In this document: piece by piece, positions 48,160 to 57,404 of the stretch | How positions within the stretch are numbered: position 1 is the first letter of the stretch | Layout of the letters: every line of letters begins with the position of its first letter | Source of the DNA: Alphaproteobacteria bacterium | GTDB lineage: Bacteria; Pseudomonadota; Alphaproteobacteria; GCA-2731375 | Reading direction: 5' to 3' | NCBI GenBank assembly: GCA_965232515.1 | Contig: CBDDPY010000002.1 | Span: 3,424,001 to 3,488,000, forward strand | DNA length: 64,000 nucleotides | The notes under the pieces: model-generated | Seen by the model: only the letters and a program-made list of their open reading frames with translations | Database searches by the model: none | What the model was told of the DNA's origin: nothing | Made by a program: the position numbers and the translations under genes

Positions 48160-49473
48160 TCAATTGCCGGCGGTGCGCTCGAACCGGCGCAGATTGGCGT
48201 TGGCCCGTTTGACCGCGTCGTTCAACGCCTGCTCGACGGGCTTCTTGCCGGCCCAGATGTTCTCGAGCTCCTCGTTCAGGATCTCGGTGTTCTGCACGCC
48301 GAAACCGAGGCGCATGCCGCGCGTGTTCACCGTCGGCACCGAACGCGACAAGGACAGGATGGCGATTTCCTGATGCGGGAACTCGTCGTAATAGCCTTCC
48401 TTCTGCGCCAGGTCGTAGGCGTCGAGCGAAATCGGTACGTAGCCCGTGTTCTTGTGCCAGTCGAGCTGCTGCTCGGGGCTGGCCAGGAAGGCGAAGAAGG
48501 CGGCCGTGCCCTTGTAAACGTCCTCGTCGTGGCCCTTCATGACCCAAAGCGCGGCGCCGCCGAGGAAGCTGTTTCTCGGATAGAAGTTATCGGCCTCGAC
48601 CGGCAGGAAGCTGGCGGCGAAGCGGAACTTGGCATTGCGCGAGATACCGCCATAGCCGGCCGAGCTCTCGAGGAAGATGGGGCATTTCTCGGCGTAGAAG
48701 GCCTCGTGCCCGCCCTGCCAGGTGCGGCCGGTATAGGTGTAGATGCCCTCGTCGACCCAGCCACGCACGCGCTTGATGTGATCGACGAAGCGGGTCTGAT
48801 TGTAGACGAACTCGGCATCGAAGCCGTCCATGCCGTTGCCGTGCGTGGCGATCGGCTGGTTCTGGATGAAGCTGTAGTTGTCGCGATGGACCCAGATCTG
48901 CCAGGCCGACGTAATGCCGCATTCGTAGCCAGCCTTGACCAGCTTGCGGCCGGCCTCGCCGAGCTCGTCCCAGGTGCGCGGCACGTTGGTGACGCCGGCC
49001 TTCTCGAAGGCGTCGACGTTGTACCAGAGGATCGGCGTCGAGGTGTTGAACGGCATCGCCGCCGGGCCGTTGGCGTCGCTGAACGCGGACAGCACCGGCC
49101 CGATGAAGCGCGACCAGTCGATGTCGTAGCCGCCGTCCTTCATCAATTGATGCACGGGATAGACGGCGCCCGAATTCATCATCGTCGCGGCGCCGCGGCC
49201 GACGACCTGCACGATCACCGGATGCTTCTTGGCCCGATAGGCCGCGACAGCGGCGTTGAGCGTTTCGTAATAGCTGCCTTTATGGACCGGGACGATCCTG
49301 TAATCGGCCTGCGAGGCGTTGAATTCCTCGGTATAGCGCACCAACGTCTGGCCCAACTTGCCGTCGGGCGAGAACGCGTGCCACCACTGAATTTCGGTCT
49401 GAGCCTGCGCCACGCCGGCACTGCCGGCCAGCACGACGGCGGCGCCAGCGGCGCCAAGAATCCATTGCCGCAT
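48160..49473 (-). CDS. ugpB: Glycerol-3-phosphate-type ABC substrate-binding protein
   Basis: Signal peptide, EIQWWHA, KGSYYETL, MPFNTSTPILWYN, GGAALWVMKG, WHKNTGYVPI. Confidence 0.88.
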   Translation of the reverse strand: MRQWILGAAGAAVVLAGSAGVAQAQTEIQWWHAFSPDGKLGQTLVRYTEEFNASQADYRIVPVHKGSYYETLNAAVAAYRAKKHPVIVQVVGRGAATMMNSGAVYPVHQLMKDGGYDIDWSRFIGPVLSAFSDANGPAAMPFNTSTPILWYNVDAFEKAGVTNVPRTWDELGEAGRKLVKAGYECGITSAWQIWVHRDNYSFIQNQPIATHGNGMDGFDAEFVYNQTRFVDHIKRVRGWVDEGIYTYTGRTWQGGHEAFYAEKCPIFLESSAGYGGISRNAKFRFAASFLPVEADNFYPRNSFLGGAALWVMKGHDEDVYKGTAAFFAFLASPEQQLDWHKNTGYVPISLDAYDLAQKEGYYDEFPHQEIAILSLSRSVPTVNTRGMRLGFGVQNTEILNEELENIWAGKKPVEQALNDAVKRANANLRRFERTAGN

Positions 49474-49543
49474 CTCGTTCGAGACTCCCTTAGCGAATTC
49501 GATTTCTGGAGCGGGGAGTTTCGAGCGGCGGCGTTACCGTGTG

Positions 49544-49594
49544 TTGACCGACACGTGACAGTTCAGCGCGCGCCGCATGACAACCGCGTGACGC
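49544..49594 (-). promoter_or_regulatory. Two Pho boxes upstream of ugpB
   Basis: Minus strand GCGTCAC-gcgg-TTGTCAT ... CTGTCAC-gtgt-CGGTCAA. TGAC cores at 49545, 49556, 49578 and 49589, all in 11-bp phase. Confidence 0.75.
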
Positions 49595-49725
49595 TCGCCG
49601 CGACGTAAGACATCGCTAATTTGCGATGGACGCCAAATCCCGTCACCATTGAAAAACAAACGAGCGTTTGTGCGCGGCCATGTCGGCCGTGTCGCGTAAC
49701 AGCAAAATCATTCAGGAGGGTCGTC

Positions 49726-50829
49726 ATGGAGTACGGTTTGTTCACGATGCCGTCGCATCCGCCGGAGCGGCCGTTGTACGACGGGCATCAGTTCGATCTG
49801 CAGACGTTGCGCTGGGCCGACGAGCTCGGCTTCTCGGAGGGCTGGATCGGCGAGCACCACACGGCGCCGTGGGAGCCGCACCCCTCGCCCGACCTGCTGG
49901 TGGCGCAGGCCCTGATGCAGACCAAGAACATTCGCTTAGGCCCGGGCGGGTTCCTGTTGCCGTACCATCATCCGGCCGAGCTGGCGAACCGGGTGGCGAT
50001 CCTCGATCATATCTCGCAAGGACGGCTGAACTTCGGCGTCGCGGCAAGCGGCCTGCCGAGCGACTGGGCCATGTTCAACGTCGACGGCATGTCCGGCCAG
50101 AACCGCGATATGACGCGGGAAGCGCTGGAGATCATCCTGCGCCTGTGGACAGAGGACGAGCCGTTCGATCACAAGGGTCAGTATTGGCACGTGACCAAGA
50201 CCGACGTGATGTTCGATTCACTCAAGCCGCATCTGAAGCCGTTGCAGAGCCCACATCCGCCGATCGGCGTCGCCGGCCTGAGCAAGAGCTCGGACACGCT
50301 GAAGATCGCCGGAGAGCACGGCTACATCCCGATGAGCCTGAACCTGAACCCGGCCTATGTCGGCAGCCACTGGGAAGCCGTCGAGGAAGGCGCGCGGCGC
50401 AGCGGACGCACCCCGTTTCGCGGCGACTGGCGCATGGTGCGCGAGGTCTTCGTGGCCGAGACCGACGAAGAGGCCTGGAAGCTGTCGGTCGACAGCATGA
50501 TGGGCCGGATGATGGAGGAATACTTCCTGCCGCTGTTGGCGTCGTTCGGCTTCACCGAGTTCCTGAAGCATCATCCCGACGTGCCGGATTCCGACGTGAC
50601 GCCGGCCTATTGCGCCGAGAAGAACTGGCTGATCGGCTCGCCCGATACGGTGGCCGAGAAGATCGAGAAGGTCTATCACGAGGTCGGCGGCTTCGGCATG
50701 CTGCTGGTGTTCTGCTTCGACTATGCCGACCAGCCGGAAGCCTGGCACAACTCCATGCGGCTGCTGGCCGAGGAGGTCATGCCCAAGGTCGCGCATCTGA
50801 AACCGCAGCCCGGCGCCGCCGTGGCCTGA
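49726..50829 (+). CDS. Luciferase-like (LLM) flavin-dependent monooxygenase
   Basis: ADELGFSEGWIGEHH, TKNIRLG, LPYHHPAELA, LDHISQGRLNFG, IGSPDTVAEKI, MRLLAEEVMP. AGGAGG RBS. Confidence 0.92.
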   Translation: MEYGLFTMPSHPPERPLYDGHQFDLQTLRWADELGFSEGWIGEHHTAPWEPHPSPDLLVAQALMQTKNIRLGPGGFLLPYHHPAELANRVAILDHISQGRLNFGVAASGLPSDWAMFNVDGMSGQNRDMTREALEIILRLWTEDEPFDHKGQYWHVTKTDVMFDSLKPHLKPLQSPHPPIGVAGLSKSSDTLKIAGEHGYIPMSLNLNPAYVGSHWEAVEEGARRSGRTPFRGDWRMVREVFVAETDEEAWKLSVDSMMGRMMEEYFLPLLASFGFTEFLKHHPDVPDSDVTPAYCAEKNWLIGSPDTVAEKIEKVYHEVGGFGMLLVFCFDYADQPEAWHNSMRLLAEEVMPKVAHLKPQPGAAVA

Positions 50830-50898
50830 GGCCGCGCCGCCCCGCCGGCCGGTCGGACAACCAGGTCCGGCCGGCCTGCGCCGGGATCAGCCCAGCCG

Positions 50899-50911
50899 TG
50901 CAAAAAACGCA
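50899..50911. promoter_or_regulatory. Possible LysR-type box upstream of the DUF1127 gene
   Basis: TGC-AAAAAAC-GCA, a T-N11-A dyad about 100 nt before the start codon. Confidence 0.4.
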
Positions 50912-51009
50912 ATGGCGACCGGGCACCGGTCGTCATAGATGACGGTTGACGGACGGCGACGAAATCGCGCCGTCCGGCACCGACAAATTGGATGTGAGGC
51001 AGGTGTGAC

Positions 51010-51165
51010 ATGCTGATCGCGACCATGGCGGCGCGCCTGCGCCGGTGGCAGGCTTATCGGCGCGTTTACAAAGAGCTGGCGGCGCTGGATGCGCGCGAGC
51101 TGGACGATCTGGGCATTGCGCCCCGTCATCTCCGCCGCATCGCACGCGAAAGCGTCGCCGTCTGA
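51010..51165 (+). CDS. DUF1127 (YjiS-like) small protein, 51 aa
   Basis: Below the ORF-track cut-off. MLIATMAARLRRWQAYRRVYKELAALDARELDDLGIAPRHLRRIARESVAV shows the EL..L..REL.DLGI signature. Confidence 0.88.
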   Translation: MLIATMAARLRRWQAYRRVYKELAALDARELDDLGIAPRHLRRIARESVAV

Positions 51166-51336
51166 TCGCCAGACAACCGACTAGATCAATGCGGACGGCG
51201 GCGCGACGCCATCCATTGCGCGTTTACATATCGCCATAAGGCGGGCCCCAAGACCGTCGGCACTCGCGCCAACGGCGAAAAGCCCGCCGGCCGCCGCGCT
51301 TGGCAGCGGCGGACGTGACGCGACGTGGAGGACGCC

Positions 51337-52140
51337 ATGATCTATCGAACCGCGCTGCTCGCGCTGCTGCTGGTCATCAGCGCCCCGGTCCAGGCCTTCG
51401 ATCAGCGAGACGTTGACCGGTTAACCGCGGACGGCCGCTGTCCCGGCTGCGATTTGCGGGACGCCGACCTGCGCGGATTGTCGTTGACCGGCGCCAACCT
51501 GGCGCGGGCCAATCTGCGGGACGCCGAGCTCAAGGGCGGCAACCTCAGCAACGCCAACCTGCGGGCGGCGGACCTGCGGCGCGTCGATCTGGAACAGGCC
51601 GATTTGAGCAACGCCGTCTTGAGTGGCGCCAAGCTGCAGGACGCGGACTTCGAGAAGGCCGTCCTGCGTGGGGCCGATCTCAGCGGCAGCGATCTGCGCG
51701 AGGCCGACCTCGAGAAGGCCGACCTGAGCAAAGCCAACTTACGCGACAGCGACATGCGCGAGGCCGATCTGAAGCGGGCGACGCTGGCCGGCGCCAACCT
51801 GGCGAACGCCGATCTGCGCCGGAGCAACCTGGAGCGGGCCGTTCTGGAGACCGCCGACCTGCGCGAGGCTCGCCTGGCCGACACCGACCTGCATCGGGCC
51901 GTGCTGGCTGGCGCGGTGCTGGACGACGCCGATCTGACGCGGGCCGATCTAGAACGCGCCAATCTCGACGGCGCCAGCCTGCAGCGGACCGATCTGGGCG
52001 ACGCCAAGCTGCGTAAGGCCACTTTGCGCGCCGCCGACCTGTCGCAAGCCCGCGGCCTGACCCAGCGGCAACTGGACGCGGCCTGCGGAGACGCGACGAC
52101 CCGGCTGCCGGAGGGGTTGTCCGTTGAGCCTTGCGGATAG
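51337..52140 (+). CDS. Exported pentapeptide-repeat protein
   Basis: GGAGG RBS, signal peptide, CPGCDL, long A(D/N)Lxx array, C-terminal ACGDATTRLP..L...PC. Confidence 0.92.
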   Translation: MIYRTALLALLLVISAPVQAFDQRDVDRLTADGRCPGCDLRDADLRGLSLTGANLARANLRDAELKGGNLSNANLRAADLRRVDLEQADLSNAVLSGAKLQDADFEKAVLRGADLSGSDLREADLEKADLSKANLRDSDMREADLKRATLAGANLANADLRRSNLERAVLETADLREARLADTDLHRAVLAGAVLDDADLTRADLERANLDGASLQRTDLGDAKLRKATLRAADLSQARGLTQRQLDAACGDATTRLPEGLSVEPCG

Positions 52141-52222
52141 ATCGCTTTCTGCCCACGGTAGGAGCTCGCATCCGCCCCCCGCCCAATCCTTTCGCGCCGT
52201 TCAATTCGTTCACCCCCGATCC

Positions 52223-52265
52223 AAAGAAAAAGGGCCGGCCCGGCGTTTGACTGCCGAACCGGCCC
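52223..52265 (-). terminator. Intrinsic terminator downstream of the OmpA-Sel1 gene
   Basis: Minus strand GGGCCGGTTCGGC-agtcaaac-GCCGGGCCGGCCC-TTTTTCTTT. Confidence 0.8.
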
Positions 52266-52307
52266 GAGAAGCGTCGCGAGGAGACGACGACAACTCTTCA
52301 GCGACTT

Positions 52308-53753
52308 TTATGAGCGCGGCTCCGTGTTCGCGTTCCATTGAATGCTGGCCAGCCAGCCGCGGGTGGCCTCCCGCGCTCGAGCCACCTCGTCGGCCCGCAT
52401 GGTGCCAATCAGCGCATCGCGGTTCGCCCGCACCTGCTCATAGAACCGGCGCACGCCGATCGCCGCGTCGGATGGCAGGTCCGTCGGCACCAGCCGGTCG
52501 CCGCCGCTCATGGGCGCGGCGATCTCGAACCACATCAGAGCCTCGACCTTGTCCGGCGCGGTGCCCAGGCCCATGCTGAACATGACGCCCAGGTTGTTCT
52601 GCGCGATGGCGTCCCCGCGCTCGGCCGCCTGGCGATACCAGGACATGGCACGACCGTAGTTCTGTTCGACGCCATGGCCGAAGAAGTACATGTTGCCGAG
52701 ATTGGTCTGGGCGGGGCTGAAGCCGGACCGGGCGGCGGTTTCGTACCAGCGCACCGCCTGTTTCAGATCGCTCAGCGCCTGGCGCAGGTCGCGGCGCAAG
52801 CCATCACCGCTTTCCAGCATGACGCCCAGGTTGAACTGGGCGGCGACATAGCCTTGGGCCTCGGCGCGGTGGAACAGATCGACCGCGATTTGATGGTCCT
52901 GCGGCACGCCACGGCCGGTGGCGTAGAGCACGCCGAGCCGGTTCAGCGCCGTCACCTGGTTCTTGGCGGCGGCCATGGCGTACCAGCGGGCGGCCTGAAT
53001 ATCGTCACGCGGCATGCCCTGTCCGGTCTCGTAGAGAAAGCCGAGATAGGTCTGTGCATGCACCTCGCCGCGCTCGGCAAGCGGCCGCCAGAAAGCGGCG
53101 GCGGTGCCGTAGTCGCGTCTGGTGAAGGCCTGCCAACCGGCCTCGAGATCGGCCCAGGCGGGCGTATGGCTGAACGAGACCTGAATGTTGGTGCGGCGGT
53201 TCGCCGACTGGCGCACGCCGTCCGGCGTCGGCACGGCGGGGTCGAACTCGCCGCGGGCGATGACCGAGACGTCGCGCGAACGGATGCCGAGGCGGACCAG
53301 CTCGGCGCGCGCCGCGTCGGCGCGGCGTGCCGAGAGCGCCAGATTGTAATCGTCGGGACCCGAACGGTCGGTATGGCCGATGGCCAGGATACGCACCGGG
53401 CCGCCCAGCGCCCGGATCTGCTCCGCTGCGGCGGCGATTTCAGACCGCGCCAGATCCGTCAGCTCGGCCGTGTCCCAGGGGAAGGTGACCAGAAAGGCCG
53501 GCGGATCGGGCGGCGGCTCGGCCGGCCGCGGTCCCGGCTGCAGCGCCGGCACCGGGTCGCCGGGCACCAGATTGAAGCCTAGCGCGCTCGGATAGGCCGG
53601 ATGGCCGGGATCGACGATCGTTTGACCGTCATTGCCTTGCGACATCGTGCTCGCGGTCAGTGCGGCCGATGACCGATCGTCGCTTTGCGCCAGCGCGCCG
53701 ACCGGGCACAAGGCCAGTCCGGCCGACAGCAGCAACGCGTGTCTCCTCAACAT
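52308..53753 (-). CDS. Exported protein with an OmpA-like peptidoglycan-binding domain followed by Sel1-like repeats
   Basis: Signal peptide, IGHTDRSG.DDYNLALSARRA...ANRR, repeated AQ.NLG..Y..G.GV..D...A..WY..AA. GGGAGG RBS before ATG 53753. Confidence 0.88.
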   Translation of the reverse strand: MLRRHALLLSAGLALCPVGALAQSDDRSSAALTASTMSQGNDGQTIVDPGHPAYPSALGFNLVPGDPVPALQPGPRPAEPPPDPPAFLVTFPWDTAELTDLARSEIAAAAEQIRALGGPVRILAIGHTDRSGPDDYNLALSARRADAARAELVRLGIRSRDVSVIARGEFDPAVPTPDGVRQSANRRTNIQVSFSHTPAWADLEAGWQAFTRRDYGTAAAFWRPLAERGEVHAQTYLGFLYETGQGMPRDDIQAARWYAMAAAKNQVTALNRLGVLYATGRGVPQDHQIAVDLFHRAEAQGYVAAQFNLGVMLESGDGLRRDLRQALSDLKQAVRWYETAARSGFSPAQTNLGNMYFFGHGVEQNYGRAMSWYRQAAERGDAIAQNNLGVMFSMGLGTAPDKVEALMWFEIAAPMSGGDRLVPTDLPSDAAIGVRRFYEQVRANRDALIGTMRADEVARAREATRGWLASIQWNANTEPRS

Positions 53754-54035
53754 GAGCACCCCTCCCAATTTTCGGGTTTCGCTCCTCCTGTTGAAGAGAA
53801 GATGGCAGAGCTTTCTTATAATTACGTAATTGAATACAGTCGATTTAGATAAAATTTTAGGAAAAATCTTTCTCTGCAAAGAAAATAGACATGAGTATTT
53901 AGTGTTTATCTTGAAAAATGAAATAAAAAAGAAACGTCAGGCGTTCCTTTATCGACCCCGCTTTGCCGATCGGCAAACTATTTCAAACGATCAGGTAATC
54001 GCGGCGGCCGGATCGGTCCCGGCCGCCGCGCGCTA

Positions 54036-54581
54036 TCAATCGCTGGCCGTGGCGCTTTCGATGACGACAGCCTGGCCGGCGTCCATGTCGTAACGCAGCC
54101 GGGGCACGTGATCGAGGTCTGCGCCGGTGACGCGCACGAAGCGGGCCCCGGCGGGATAGTCGATGGCGTGAATCTCGGCACCGTCGTAGAGGCCGGCCAT
54201 GCCGGGATCGAGGCGGTAGTGTTTGATCTGTTCCAGCTTGGCCGCCCCGGCGCCGGCGCCGCCGTCGAGCCGGTCGAACTCGGTCATGTCGGTATAGTCG
54301 GTCGCCTGGCCGTAGATCGCCCAGGACGTGCCGTGATCGTGCGGCGGCGACTTGTGGCCCTCGTCGGTGACGTAGGCCAGCACGACGAAGCCCATGTCCG
54401 GATCTTCGTAGAGCGTGCGCCGGCCGACCGCCTGGTCGGGCCCGAGCTCGGCGGCCAGGAAATCGGGATCGGTCAACAGCCGTTCCAGATTGCGGCGGAC
54501 CTTGTCCCGGCCATCGCGGCCAGGTTCGGCGGCGAGCGCCGCACGGCTGTCTTGGCAGAACTGATCGAGATCGTAGCTCAT
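54036..54581 (-). CDS. Cupin-fold protein of the cysteine/thiol dioxygenase-like family
   Basis: SPPHDHGTSWAIYG and EIHAI (three-His arrangement). AGGAGG RBS before MSYDL. Confidence 0.75.
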   Translation of the reverse strand: MSYDLDQFCQDSRAALAAEPGRDGRDKVRRNLERLLTDPDFLAAELGPDQAVGRRTLYEDPDMGFVVLAYVTDEGHKSPPHDHGTSWAIYGQATDYTDMTEFDRLDGGAGAGAAKLEQIKHYRLDPGMAGLYDGAEIHAIDYPAGARFVRVTGADLDHVPRLRYDMDAGQAVVIESATASD

Positions 54582-54620
54582 TACCCCTCCTCTTGCTCGA
54601 CTGGCAGACTGTGGCGACAC

Positions 54621-55379
54621 TCAACCGCGGCCGACGAACGGCATCTTGGTGGCCATCACGGTCATGAACTGGACGTTCGCGTCCAATGACAAGCTCGCCA
54701 TATGCACCACCGCGCGCGCCACGTTGTTGACATCCATCAAGGGCTCGACCTCGATCTTGCCGTTGGCCTGCGGCACGCCTTCCGCCATGCGGGCGGCCAT
54801 CTCGGTCTCGGCGTTGCCGATGTCGATCTGGCCGCAGGCGATGTCGTATTTGCGGCCGTCGAGGGCGGTCGACTTGGTGAGCCCGGTAACGGCGTGCTTG
54901 GTGGCCGTATAGGGCGCCGAGTTCGGCCGCGGCGCGTGCGCCGAGATCGAGCCGTTGTTGATGATCCTGCCGCCGCGCGGAGACTGGTCCTTCATCACCC
55001 GGAAGGCGGCCTGGGTGCAGTAGAACATGCCCGACAAATTGACATCGACGACGCTGCGCCATTGCTCGACACTGAGCTCTTCCAACGGGATGCCGGGCGC
55101 GTTCTGGCCGGCATTGTTGAACAGCACGTCGAGCCGGCCGAAGCCTTCGACTGACTTGTCGAAAAGCGCGTTCACGGAATCCGGATCGGCGACGTCCGTC
55201 GGCACGGCGAGTGCCCGCGATCCGGCCTCGCCTGCCTTGGCGATGGTCTCGGCGAGCGCCTCGGCCCGGCGTCCGGCCAGCGCCACCTGATAGCCCTCGT
55301 GCAGCAGCGCCACGGCGGCGGCCCGGCCGATGCCCGATCCCGCGCCCGTAACGATGGCGACCTTGCCCGCTCCCCTCAT
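54621..55379 (-). CDS. SDR-family oxidoreductase
   Basis: [50 protein letters not shown]. Confidence 0.92.
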   Translation of the reverse strand: MRGAGKVAIVTGAGSGIGRAAAVALLHEGYQVALAGRRAEALAETIAKAGEAGSRALAVPTDVADPDSVNALFDKSVEGFGRLDVLFNNAGQNAPGIPLEELSVEQWRSVVDVNLSGMFYCTQAAFRVMKDQSPRGGRIINNGSISAHAPRPNSAPYTATKHAVTGLTKSTALDGRKYDIACGQIDIGNAETEMAARMAEGVPQANGKIEVEPLMDVNNVARAVVHMASLSLDANVQFMTVMATKMPFVGRG

Positions 55380-55655
55380 GTCTCGATCCTCCGCTTTCCG
55401 CTATTTCCCACGCCCAGACCAGAAATTAGGCCGGTTCCATATGCGTGAGCAATGCGGAACCGTCATGTCCTGCCGCGTCGCCCGGTCGCCGGCAAACGCC
55501 TCAACCCTCCCTCAACGCGTATTTTGATGAATATATTCCCCAAATGACAGCAATGACCGACGAATACCAATCTAAGAGCGCCCCGAACCACGGTCTTTCG
55601 ACAATTCGTTTACGAAAATCGTCGAGAATCCGCATCGGCGCGAAATCGGTACCCC

Positions 55656-57404
55656 ATGTCCAGGCACTTCAGCATCGACATCTGCGGCGAGCTCGCCCGC
55701 CTCCGGGCGAGAGTCCGGGAACTCGAGGCCACGCTCGCGGAACGCGATCCGGCAGCGGACACGCCGGACGACACCGACCGTCGGCTGGAGGACTTCGCGG
55801 CCGTCGGCAACGGCTGGTTCTGGGAGACCGACGCCGACCTGCGCTTCACCTACATGTCGGACAGCGTCTTCGACATCACCGGCGTGCGGCCGGAATGGCA
55901 CTATGGCAAGACCCGGGCCGAAATCGGCGGCCCGGCCTCGGTGAGCGCGGAGGCGTGGAGCGCCCACCTGGCGCGGCTGGAGCGGCGCGAGCCGTTCAGC
56001 GATTTCGTGTTCCAGCGCGAAGGCCCGGACGGCATGAAATGGCTGCGCACCAGCGGCCGGCCGGTCTACGACGCCGAGGGCAATTTCGCCGGCTATCGCG
56101 GCTCGGCGAACGACGTCACCGCCGAGATCCTGGCGCAAAGCCACAGCCGGCAGCTGATGGCGGCGATCGAACGGCTGGATGAGCTGTTCGTGCTGTGGGA
56201 CGCGGACGACCGGCTGGTGGTCTGCAACCGCCGCTTTCGCGAGATCAATGGCGAGGTCGTCGAGACGACCGAGCCCGGCACCACGTTCGAAGCGCATATC
56301 CGCGCGGCCATCTCGGCCGGCCTCTACCCCGACGCAGACGCCGATCCCGAAGGCTGGTACGCCGACCGCATGGAACGGCATCGCAATCCGGGCGAGCCCT
56401 TCGAGCAGCAGCGGCAGGACGGCCGCTGGCTGTTGATTTCGGAGCAGCGTCTGTCGAACGGTTCGACGGCGACGATCTCGGCCGACATCACGGGCCGTAA
56501 GCAGACGGAACAGGATCTGCAGCATCAGCACGACGTCCTGGCGACGGCGCTGAACACCATTCCCGACGGCGTTCAGGTGCTGGACAGGGACCTAAAGCTG
56601 GTGGCCTGGAACGACCGCCTGTTCGAGGTTCTGAAGCTCGATGGCGAGACGATCCTGGCGGCCGAGAACCCGGGCAAGGCATTCCGCTACGCGCTCGCCG
56701 GCCGCGGCGAATACGGCCCGGGCGACGTCGACGAGCTGGTCGCGAGCCGCGAGGAGATCGCCCGCTCGCCGGTGCCGGTGCAGTACGAGCGCCAGATGGT
56801 GACCGGGAACTGGATCGAATGCCGGGGCAATCCGCTGGAGGGCGGCGGCTATCTGGCGATCTATCGCGACATCGACGACGCCAAGAAGATGTACGAACGG
56901 CTGGAGTTCCTGGCCTCAATCGATCCGCTGACCGAGTTGTCGAACCGGCGCAGCTTCCTCGAGGCGGCGAAATCGGAATTCCTGCGGGCCCAGCGCCACG
57001 AAAGGGAGCTGTCGTTCCTGATCCTGGACATCGACCACTTCAAGTCGATCAACGACCGGTTCGGCCACGCGGCGGGCGACGAGGCGCTGCGTCAGGTCGC
57101 CAAATGCTGCCGCGAAACCTTGCGGCGGTCGGACCATATCGGCCGCATCGGCGGCGAGGAATTCGCCGTAATGCTGCCCGAGACCGGACCCGAACTCGGC
57201 TACGAGGCCGCCGAGCGGCTGCGCCTCGCGCTGTCAAAGCTGGAGATTCCGACCGAGGACGAGGTGCTGTGGCTGACCGTCAGCATCGGCGGCATGACGG
57301 CGACGCCGGCGCACGACTCGGCCGAGCAGGTCATGGCCGAGGCCGACGCCGCCCTTTACGACGCCAAGCACGGCGGCCGCAACCGCGTGGTGTTTCGGCG
57401 CTAG
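55656..57404 (+). CDS. Multi-PAS diguanylate cyclase
   Basis: WFWETD PAS start, two further PAS-like domains, DPLTELSNRR, DIDHFKSINDRFGHAAGD, RxxD I-site (RRSD), GGEEF. Confidence 0.93.
   Translation: MSRHFSIDICGELARLRARVRELEATLAERDPAADTPDDTDRRLEDFAAVGNGWFWETDADLRFTYMSDSVFDITGVRPEWHYGKTRAEIGGPASVSAEAWSAHLARLERREPFSDFVFQREGPDGMKWLRTSGRPVYDAEGNFAGYRGSANDVTAEILAQSHSRQLMAAIERLDELFVLWDADDRLVVCNRRFREINGEVVETTEPGTTFEAHIRAAISAGLYPDADADPEGWYADRMERHRNPGEPFEQQRQDGRWLLISEQRLSNGSTATISADITGRKQTEQDLQHQHDVLATALNTIPDGVQVLDRDLKLVAWNDRLFEVLKLDGETILAAENPGKAFRYALAGRGEYGPGDVDELVASREEIARSPVPVQYERQMVTGNWIECRGNPLEGGGYLAIYRDIDDAKKMYERLEFLASIDPLTELSNRRSFLEAAKSEFLRAQRHERELSFLILDIDHFKSINDRFGHAAGDEALRQVAKCCRETLRRSDHIGRIGGEEFAVMLPETGPELGYEAAERLRLALSKLEIPTEDEVLWLTVSIGGMTATPAHDSAEQVMAEADAALYDAKHGGRNRVVFRR

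Noticed and set aside
51166-51336. Cuckoo (CCUCCUCCC) sRNA repeats, often found after DUF1127 genes
   Set aside because: No CCTCCTCCC motif is present in this interval.
51440-52050. Periodic DNA repeats suggesting a CRISPR or tandem array
   Set aside because: The 15-nt periodicity is explained by the pentapeptide-repeat protein. There are no identical repeats with unique spacers and no cas genes.
53754-54093. ORF 53830-54093 and the upstream extension of the OmpA-Sel1 ORF to 53879
   Set aside because: Both run through the AT-rich promoter tract without an RBS. The signal peptide and GGGAGG RBS support the start at 53753.
55480-55530. c-di-GMP-I riboswitch (GGCAAAC) upstream of the diguanylate cyclase
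   Set aside because: Only the 7-mer matches. The GNRA-capped P2 stem and the downstream GCAAAGC/P3 elements are missing.
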